Assembly: GCF_902459465.1 (NCBI RefSeq)
Contig: NC_047074.1
Span: 2,542,001-2,606,000 of the forward strand
Reading direction: 5' to 3'
DNA: 64,000 nucleotides
Source of the DNA: Asterias rubens
Taxonomy: Eukaryota
The notes under the pieces are model-generated. The model was not told the DNA's origin. It made no database searches and saw only the letters and a program-made list of their open reading frames with translations. This document shows positions 1 to 9,400 of this stretch, one piece after another. Every line of letters starts with the position of its first letter. The stretch's first letter is position 1. Position numbers and translations under genes: made by a program.

Positions 1-110
1 TTTAGTATCCCCTAGGAATAGTACTAACTTAGGACAAGCCATATGTTTTTAGTATCCCCTAGGACTAGTACTAACTTAGGACAAGCCCTAACTCTTTTTG
101 AAATTGACCC
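1..110. mobile_element. Right end of a Harbinger-like MITE (taggac/taactt internal repeats)
   Basis: Two copies of tttagtatcccctaggaxtagtactaacttaggacaagcc, terminus gaaattgaccc followed by CAG; same terminus type as the 47796 and 60026 elements. Confidence 0.55.
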
Positions 111-139
111 CAGGTCAAAGATGGCAGGTTGCTGGCGGT

Positions 140-3100
140 CTATTTCTCGGACTGCTCTTGCTGGTCATCTGAAAGAGTTTGAATATGTGAGGCAGGTATC
201 CCACTCTTTGAATTTCCCTTGCTGAATACTTTTGTTGCCCAAACTTGCTTTGAGAAGCGTTTGAGGGGGCCTGGATGTTTGGAATCCACCTCACATTCAC
301 CAACAGAAGCCCCTTGGACACCGAACCTCAAGGTGTCTTTTGGTGGTCGCAAAACAAGTGGGTCTTCTGTGTGGCCGTTTACTTTAACAGCGCCAACCAC
401 TTCTCCCTCGGAAGTCTGTCCAGGTTTTTCTGTAGTTTGCTTTGAGGCAAGTGGATCTGACTGGCCCTCTTCAGTGGCTCTCTCGACCAGCACTTTCTCG
501 CCAGACTGCCCGTGGTTAGGAACAGTATTCCTATCCTTATGATTTCCCCAGCCAAACATTTTTGTGGCAGAAATCTTCCCTCGAAGGCTTGAGCGAGTTT
601 TTGGAATAGCCTGACTTTGAGAATCAAGATTTTCTCTACCAGGAACCTCCTCCGCTTCTGAAATTTGCGGTGCAGTTTGAGGACCTCTGTCTTTCCTGAT
701 ATTGACTGTACCGACCACTTCTCCCTTGACAGCCTGCTCTTGTTTGTCTGTAGTTGGCTTTGAGGTTAGTGTATCTATCTGGCTCTCTACATTGCCTTTA
801 TCAACATCCACTTTCTCACCAGTCTGCCCATGGTTAGGAGCATTCCTATCCTTAGAATGTACCCATCCAAACACTTTTGTACCAGAAATCTTCCCTCGAA
901 GGCTTGAGCGAGTCTTCGTGAACGCCTGACTAGGGGAATCAATTTCAGGAACTTCCTGCTCTGATTCTGAATTTTGTTGTAAAGTTTGAGGGCCTCTGTC
1001 GATGTCAATACTGACTGTACCAGCCACCTCTTGCTTGAAAGTCTGTTCTGCCTTGTCTGTAGTAGGGTTCGAGTCAAGTGTATCTGTCTCAACAACTACG
1101 TTCTCTCCAGTTTGCCTATGTTTGGAAACAGTATTCTTACCCTCATGATTTCCCCAAACGAACATTTTTGTCAACAAAATCTTCCCTCGAAGGCTAGTGC
1201 GAGTCTTTGGGGATGCCCGACTCAGAGAATCATTTCCATCTCTAACAGGAACCTCTTCCGATTCTAAACTATTCTGTGAAGTTTGAGGACCTCTGTTGGT
1301 CTCAATATTGACTGTACCGACCACTTTACCCTCAACAGTCTGCCCTGGTTTGGCTGTAGTTGACTTTGAGTCAAGTGGATCTGTCTCCCCCTTAACATCA
1401 CCATTATCAACAACTACTTTTTCTCCAGTTTGCCCATGATTAGCTGTCTCAACCATAACTCTCTCGCCAGCTTGCTCATCTCTAGAAACAGTTGTTTTAC
1501 CTTTTGGATTTACCCAACCAAACATTTTTGTTGCAGATATCTTGCCTGGAAGACTTGTGAGAGCCTTTTTGAGTGTTTGTCGTTTAGAATCCAGCTCATC
1601 TCTACCTGAACTTTCCTCCTCCACAATCTGCCCAGGGTTGTCAAAAACATGCTGCGAGGTCTGAGGAATTCCGTGGGTCTCAACATTACCTGCTTGAATG
1701 TCTTTTCCCTTGTCGGTCTTCCCTTGTTCATCTGCAAGAGTTTGCATGGCAAGAAGGTCCCCTGTCGGGTTCTGAACAACTCCTGAACCATCTACTCCCT
1801 TCTCGTCAGTCAACTCTTGACTTGCAAGGTTCGGAGAAGCTTTTCGACCTTGAGAACTTACCCACCCAACCATTCTTGTCGAAGAAACCCATCCTGCCAG
1901 ACCTTTGTGAGTCTTTCCAAGCGTCTGATGTTCAGAATCAAGGTCAACCGACTGTCCTGTTTGGTTTGCAAGTTGCTTTGAGGTTGGTGAATCTGTGTGA
2001 ACCTCAACACGGCCAAACACATCCTTCTCGTCAGTTGGCTCTGCCGTTTTCTTTGAGGTACTTGGATCCGTTTGCCCCTGAATACTGACGGTCTTATCCA
2101 CACCCTTCTCGTCAATCTGCTCTTGGCTGTCAAGGCTCAAAGAGTTTCTTTTATCATGTACCCACCCAACCATCTGCCCAGGAAAACCTACAAAAGTCTT
2201 AACAAGTGGCCATTTCTTTGAACCGACTTCATCCATACCACCCATACCCTGCTCACCCGTATGTCCTGGTAGGTTCACAAGTTGCTGTGAGGTTTGTGGA
2301 TCTGTCTGGCCCTCGACAATGCCAGCTCCAACCATTTTCAAGTTGTAATTTTCTTGTGGTTTGTCAACTTCAGTTGACTTTGAGTCACTTGATTCCATTT
2401 GCTCCTGCACATGGTTTGTCTCATCGACAGACTCGCTGTCAGTCTGCTCTGTCTTGTGGAGGCTCAAAGTACTTCCTGTAACCTTAGAACTTACCCAGCC
2501 AGCCATCCTTGTAGCATAAATATGTCCTAGAAGACCTTTACGAGTATGTTCGAGTATCTGATTTTCAGAATCAATGTCATCCACACCAACATCAACCCCA
2601 GCCCCTTGTTCATCTGTGACTGACTGCGAGACATGTGGATCAGTATGACCATCATGACCTTTTGCCACTCCATGAACTGTCTGCCCTAGGTTTGCACCTT
2701 CCTGTGAGGTTTGTGAATCTGTCTGGCCCTCGACATTTCCACCAGGTCCAACCATTTCCCAATTCTCATTTTGCTGTGATTTGTCAGCCTTACCAACCAC
2801 TTCACTCTCAAGAGTACGCTCTGGGCCATCTATGGCCATCTGTCTCATCAAGGTTGGCCTCCTTGCTGTAAAGCTGACCCTTCCTACCATCCTCCACATC
2901 CAATTTAGCTCTGGGGTGCTTACAGGTGTCTGACCTTTTGAATTATCCCTATCTCTACCAACCTCTAGCTCCTCTTCAGGATGGTAAGGGTATTCAGTTG
3001 GCATCTCTCTTCCGATTTGAGATTCCTCTAAATCTATATCAACTTCTGTGCTATCTAAATCAGTGTAATCATAGTCGAGTGAGGTCTGGAGCGGCATTTG

Positions 3101-3409
3101 TCGGTGTGTTTGTTTGGGTGTCTGATTGGGCGTGTGTCTGGGTGTTTGATTGGGCGTGTGTCTGGGTGTTTGATTGGGCGTTGAATTGGGTGTTTGACTA
3201 AGCGATTGTCTGGGTGTTTGATTGGGCGTTTGTCTGGGTGTTTGATTGGGCGTTTGCCTGGGCGTATGCCTCGTACGCAATCTTCTAGTCACCTGTGAAT
3301 CCACGATAGACTGTATGGCTTGGAGAACTTCCGGGGGAGATATCTGCTCCAGTCGTCTCTTCAGTTTACGGAATGTGTACATGTTGTCATTGTAGTAGTT
3401 GAACTTGCA
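140..3409 (-). CDS. FYVE gene terminal exon (~1090 codons, low-complexity repetitive tail)
   Basis: Acceptor gataacag| 27 nt upstream of the ORF-track ATG at 3382 (adds CKFNYYNDN); open to TAG at 142-140. Confidence 0.9.
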   Translation of the reverse strand, partial: CKFNYYNDNMYTFRKLKRRLEQISPPEVLQAIQSIVDSQVTRRLRTRHTPRQTPNQTPRQTPNQTPRQSLSQTPNSTPNQTPRHTPNQTPRHTPNQTPKQTHRQMPLQTSLDYDYTDLDSTEVDIDLEESQIGREMPTEYPYHPEEELEVGRDRDNSKGQTPVSTPELNWMWRMVGRVSFTARRPTLMRQMAIDGPERTLESEVVGKADKSQQNENWEMVGPGGNVEGQTDSQTSQEGANLGQTVHGVAKGHDGHTDPHVSQSVTDEQGAGVDVGVDDIDSENQILEHTRKGLLGHIYATRMAGWVSSKVTGSTLSLHKTEQTDSESVDETNHVQEQMESSDSKSTEVDKPQENYNLKMVGAGIVEGQTDPQTSQQLVNLPGHTGEQGMGGMDEVGSKKWPLVKTFVGFPGQMVGWVHDKRNSLSLDSQEQIDEKGVDKTVSIQGQTDPSTSKKTAEPTDEKDVFGRVEVHTDSPTSKQLANQTGQSVDLDSEHQTLGKTHKGLAGWVSSTRMVGWVSSQGRKASPNLASQELTDEKGVDGSGVVQNPTGDLLAMQTLADEQGKTDKGKDIQAGNVETHGIPQTSQHVFDNPGQIVEEESSGRDELDSKRQTLKKALTSLPGKISATKMFGWVNPKGKTTVSRDEQAGERVMVETANHGQTGEKVVVDNGDVKGETDPLDSKSTTAKPGQTVEGKVVGTVNIETNRGPQTSQNSLESEEVPVRDGNDSLSRASPKTRTSLRGKILLTKMFVWGNHEGKNTVSKHRQTGENVVVETDTLDSNPTTDKAEQTFKQEVAGTVSIDIDRGPQTLQQNSESEQEVPEIDSPSQAFTKTRSSLRGKISGTKVFGWVHSKDRNAPNHGQTGEKVDVDKGNVESQIDTLTSKPTTDKQEQAVKGEVVGTVNIRKDRGPQTAPQISEAEEVPGRENLDSQSQAIPKTRSSLRGKISATKMFGWGNHKDRNTVPNHGQSGEKVLVERATEEGQSDPLASKQTTEKPGQTSEGEVVGAVKVNGHTEDPLVLRPPKDTLRFGVQGASVGECEVDSKHPGPLKRFSKQVWATKVFSKGNSKSGIPASHIQTLSDDQQEQSEK

Positions 3410-6400
3410 CTGTTATCAGAAAAAGTAAAACAATATTATATTTTTTCTCTTTTACAGACTTAGAGTCCTTCCCTTCTGGGGCTTCAAACAGGTGTATGGA
3501 ACCCTAGCCAGCACCCCACCAAGTCCCAAGCCAAAACCTAAGCCCAGGCCTAAGCCAGCAAACAACCAGAACCCAAGCCTGGCTCAAGCCAAGCCCAAGT
3601 ATGGTTTGGGAAATGGCGAAAGTCACAAGGAGTACATCCTTAACAAGGGACACAACTTCTTTAATGGTTATGTATAATTCCTAGACTATCCCTAATTACA
3701 CCTTCCTAGACAAGCCTCCAGTCATACCTAGTACCCTCAGTGTATGATTCCTAAACTAGCCCCAGTCACACCTACCCCGGCCCTGTGTATGATTCCTAGC
3801 CTAGCCCCAGTCATACCTACCTTCAGTGTACAATTCCAAGACAAGCCACAAGCCATACCTACCTTCAGTGAATGATTCCTAGAGTAGCCCCCAGCCATAC
3901 CTACCCCAGTGTGTGATTCCTAGACTAGCCCCAGTCATATCTACCCTCAGTGTATGATTCCTAGACTAGCCCACAGTCATACCAAACCTCAGTGTACAAT
4001 TCCTAGACTAGCCCCCAGTCATACCTACCCTCAGTGTATGGTTCCTAGACTAGCCCCCAGTTATACCTACCCTCAGTGTACAATTCCTAGACTAGCCCCC
4101 AGTCATACCTACCTTCAGAGTATGATTCATAGACTAGCCGCAAGTCCTACCTACCCCCCAGTGTATAATTCCCAGACTAGCCCCAGTCGTACATACCCTC
4201 ATGAGAGCCTTGACAAGCTTTAACTGTTTATTGGTCTGGGGCTTCAGTTTCTTCAGACGACTCACAGCTACCACAAAAGACGTAAAGTAATCCGTCAGAT
4301 CCCCCTGCAATGAAAAATAGAATGTTTTATTCAGAACTAAGGAATAATCTATTTGCCTCAACCCTCTAACTCGTGGTTACATTCTTTCAGGGAGTTGACC
4401 AATCATTTAAAACTATACATCTGCACAAGTTTTTCATGGTGGCACAACTGTATACAGGACTGCATACGTGCATGTTTGTATTGTGAACATGGTGAAGATG
4501 TAAAAATCATTCCTTAAAACATCTCAGCTCCCTGGGAGTATACACATTAGTAACACAGAAGTATTATAATAATAGACTCCTTGCACAATGCCGTTGCACT
4601 TTCACAAGCCTAATTTGCCTTTTTGTGACTGGAAATGTGAACAAAGGGATTGACGCCAAAAATGATGGAAATGGTGGAAGCACAATCTTAGGAGATGCGT
4701 GTGGAGAAATGGGTCTTGAGTATTATATAATACAACAGGGTCCAGCATTCTCCTTAAAAAAAAATTCAGAACCAACGCAACTCTAAAGAGTTTTCCACCT
4801 GGTGCCACTACTGCACACCTCACCTCATTATACCTCCACCATGCATGGTTTTAAATGTTTGATATGTTTTTACCTGATGTTTTGCGAGAGTTTGCATGTT
4901 GCTCCTTGAAGCTGGTAAGACCTTTGGACTCTCTCCTGCAATCTCTAGTGCATCAATCAGCTGCTTGTACTATAAAGTATATGAAAGAATAAATAGTAAT
5001 AACCCCAAACTAATTAACTTTGCCCAACACCTGTGTATGGAGAATAATAATAATATAATAATGCAAATCTGTATCTGTCATGCCCTATTCCAGCCAAGAA
5101 AGGTGGTTACGTGTAAAGAATCAGCAACAAAATTTGAATCTGAGAAGGGTTTCTATGATTTTTTGCAATATCTCACAAACGCGACAAATTTGAAATGAAT
5201 TCAATTTAGCTTTTTTTTTTTTAACCAGAGATAAGAACCTTTGGAAGCCAGGCGTCAATCTTGTCTTGGAACTTGACGATGTTATCAAACAGATCCTTCA
5301 TCTGCTTTAAGCAATCCTCACTCTCCTCTCCCTTCATCGACGCCTCGTAGTTCTCAACTTGAACGACCTCTAACGCCTGACGACAAACTGTACAAACGCG
5401 TACGTAGTGACGGATGTCAGGTTCCAATTCAGGACTCTGTGATCGGTGAAAGAGAAATCCAAAATCAGGCCCTTTAAGGGTTTGGGTACTTTTTGTAAGA
5501 CACAAAACAATAATATCAGATTTACATCTAACTTACACGGTTTAAAGATAATGATGGTAGAAAGCTTCCCTTAAAATATTTGAAAATATACATGCTGTAG
5601 TTTTTGTGAAACGAGTAAAACTATTTCACAATCATTTTTTGTTGTCTCAGAGAGTCAGATTTACTTGACTCCCCTTAAAACATTGCTCTGTTATTTTCAC
5701 TTTTCTCAAAAAAAATTGAAATTTGTTAAAGCAGCGTGTACTGATTGTTGCGTCACAAAATTTCGCTTCGCATCCGCAGACAGTACTGTAACCAGGCTTA
5801 ATGAGGCTGGAACTTCGACAGGTAATTAATTGATAATTCTACAGGTACATTATGCTACGTACATCTTCATTCACAGTGAGTAGGGATTCATGCCTACATA
5901 GTACTGCATGATCACTTAGCAAAAATTCCCTGCTAACCAAGATTTAGGGGTGACAATACAAATGTTTTAATTAAAGATGCTATGTCAGATTTTTGGCCCC
6001 AAACATTAAAAAATATACTTTTTTGAGTGAATGGTATTTCAAAGGGTATCACCCACTCTAACGAAAAATAGTTGAACTTTTACTTTTAATGGTCAGGAAC
6101 CATGAGAAAAATTTAAAACGTTTCCTATAATTTCCTACTGATTTTGAGCACTTTATTTCACTGCTACTAATAAGTGGCAGACTTTTTCGAGCAATAGCTC
6201 AAATGAAAGGTTGTAACTTTCTTGACCCTCATCAAAATACCTATTGAATTTTAAATCAAAATTTTGGGGTCAAATCGGCCGAAAATCTGACATAGCATCT
6301 TTAATTATTTAATTAATAAACCAACTCACCCCAATGACTTTGATGATGGCCCACCTTGCAAGCTTCCCAACATGTTCTTGATCGTCTTTATCAGGCACAT

Positions 6401-9400
6401 AGAGGAGAAGGTCCTTAACCGAGCAGGAAAAGCACGCAAGACGACCGCAGATGTAACAATTGTGTTTCTTGTACGTCATCGTGAAGGCCGTGCTGCAGAA
6501 CTGACAATTTGTACCAGCAGACTGCAACAAGCCAATGACAAATTAGAACAAGTTAAATACTGCTTTTTCAATTACAAAGTCCACTTTTAAGCGCCATCCT
6601 TATACTATCACCGAAACTCTAATTACGTGAGGTTCGTGGTAGCATCATACAGTGTGTAAAGTTTCAAATCCGACTTCAGCTCTATGCAAACTAAAAGTCC
6701 TAATTCCCAAAAGTGACATTTGGTACTTACAATCCACGTAATTGGTTTCTTCCACTCCGGAGGTCCTATCTTGACCAGACCAGGCACTTTGCTGACGTGA
6801 TTCTTGAGAGCACTCAGTTTCCTCATCAAGATGTTCTTTCCAGTTCCATCCGGAGAATGAGCATGACGAACTTCCTGAGATGGTGGTAGGTCCGTCAGGT
6901 TCATTGAGAACCCTTCCACGAGACGCTGGCACTCTTTCTCAAGATGTGCTCTATAAGTGTTAAGAGAGAAAAACAAGTCAAGTTGAGGACTGATCTAACA
7001 GGTTAAATTTGCATCAAGCAAAAAGAATTTGGTTTTACCCTTTCACCGATGTGAGTAAGCACTGTAAACTCAGTACTTTCCCGAGTGAGATTTGAACTGC
7101 CTCTAGAGCTACCGGACAATCTCAGTGGTCTAGTTGGTAGACATCTGCTCTAGTATTGCAAATGTCGTGGGTTCGAATTTCACCCGAGAAATATGCCTGT
7201 GATTTTTGTTCACAGAACTCAAGAAAGTACTAACTAGTACAGTGCTAAGACACAGTGACATCGATGTGAGGGTAAAACCAAAATGAATAATTTTCAGTGT
7301 CTCTTCTTTCATTTTAGTTACCTGCTTGGCTTTTGAGTTGTCTCCCCGATGGCCTCAGCATGGGCTAATAGAGAATCTCTACGCATCTCAAGAAATGTTT
7401 GTGTCCAGATGCGAGCTTGCCCTGGTCCTTGGGTCTCAGAGTTAAAACACTTTGAGCAAACCTACGAAAGGCAAACAAAAATTCAACATTTGTTTGTTTT
7501 ATTTAATTATTTGATCTTAATTAACAGTAGAGAAACTGAAGAGAAGGTCAATGGTTTCAAACCAAACAAGGATATTAATAATAATAATAATAATAATAAT
7601 AATGGCTTCTTATACAGCGCTCAGGTCCGTCACGCAGTGATGCTCATGGCGCTCCAACATTATCACCAGAGCTTGAATTCGGTGCTCGGCCACGACACCC
7701 CATATCACAAAGTCTAAACAATGTGTAGTTAAACTTACCATGAAAAGTTTACCATTTGGATCATACTCTGCTGTTGGAGATAACTTCCTCTGAAACGATA
7801 AACATCTCGCACAAAACACCTCACCGCATCTACAGACAAGACAATGATTAACAGTTAACTTGGAACCTGCAGATTCTAAAGCATGAGTTAGGATTATTGT
7901 TAAAATTCCTGAAACATGGCTTGATGGCCTAGCTTGGAACCTTCAAAGCCCTTTTCACACTAAATGCCCCGACGCACTTTTACACTGTGTCCCTTTTCCA
8001 CGAGGTTCCGATGGCTTGCTGGCCTAACATGGCTTGCTGGCCTATCTTGGAACCTTCAAAGCAAATGGGGTAAAAGCATTTACTTCTTACTTTCTGCAGT
8101 GATGTTTCCGGAGCTTCAGAATGAACTTGGCCTTACAGCTTGAATTCTGACACCTTGACCGTTTGCTTGGGTTGATCCAGTGCAACCTTGTGATTGCTGT
8201 CAAAACAAAAATAGCAGAGGAAACGATTGAATAACCTTTGTTTACAAAGAGAGTACATTTTCCATATGGGAACTTTTATATTTTGCGTCATAATTTCCAT
8301 GAAACTTCAAGCAAAAATACATGTTTGGCGTTCCCGCCCACTTCTTTTTTAGAGGCCACCTCCTTCTTTTTTTTCTTTCTTCTTTTTTTACAAACAAAAG
8401 ATTTGGGCCAGATGAAAAAAAAAAAAAAAAAAAAACATCGGTTGTCCTTAAAAATGTGCAGGCGACCTTTTTGTGAAAAAAAAGAAAAAGAAAAGGCCCT
8501 CCTTCTTCTACCTCTATTCAAAAAGACAAGACGGAAACTTGCTTTTTTTCTTTTCTTTGGCCTTATAAAAACAACAGCTGAACAGGTTTTGAGATGTGCC
8601 CTCTTGCTTCAAAATTTGATAAAAATCACACAGTGCAAAATGAACATTGTTCGATTATAATTTTGTTTCATTTGAGCTGTGTACAAATCATGCCTGCAGG
8701 AAGTCCGGCTTTAGCAGACCCTTTGTAATCATGTGATGTGACAGGACAGGTTAAACCTGGTCTACAAGTAATACAATTTAACCAGTCGGAAGATCCAGTA
8801 CTGATAAGAAAAAAACATGAAACTTGGATAGATTCCAAAGGGCTTCGGGAACAGGTACTCGGTGCGTACATTGTAGATCAAAGAGCAGGATTTGTTTCCA
8901 TCCAGAGTTAATGACTGCATTGTTCCAGACATAACCCATTGTCATTGTAAACCAGACATAAACAAGTGGGAATTCAGATCAAAGTCTAAAACTTTGCATC
9001 CCTGTCCTGAAGAACAACTTGCAATGTACATTTAGTAGGCCTATCTGAACAAAATAAATCAACACAATGAAAATACGTAGAGTCAGGAACCAAGGAATTG
9101 AGGATCATTTGGCAAAACAATGCTTCTTGTTGGGCTGAATCATAATATTATATGGTTTTGTACTATGCCCTCTCGTTTTTATGGGATAGATTGATAGATT
9201 GCACCTAGCCCCTCCCCCTCCCCCCAAATTTTTTTTATAGAAAGTTCGTCTAGTGTGGGCAGAGCTATATTACAGGATGTCTACAATGAACACAGCCTTT
9301 TAAATATCGCGGTAATTTGGCTCAGTTTCGTAAGTTCATTTCTCTTCCTGAATACTGTAAGCAAATAAAAATATGAAAACCACACAATATCAAAGCTATG

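Noticed and set aside
219-3201. Many plus-strand and alternative-frame ORFs (60-107 aa) overlapping the terminal exon
   Set aside because: Antisense or off-frame shadows of the real coding exon; no motifs or splice support.
3492-4223. Plus-strand ORFs PKPKPKPRPKP (3492-3677) and the 14-aa repeat ORF (3954-4223)
   Set aside because: Translations of intronic simple or tandem repeats.
8238-8660. 140-aa Lys/Phe-rich ORF
   Set aside because: Produced by poly-A/poly-T runs.
8668-9010. Possible extra exon of the FYVE gene in intron 1
   Set aside because: All three frames stop after the best acceptor, and exon 1 already joins exon 2 in frame.
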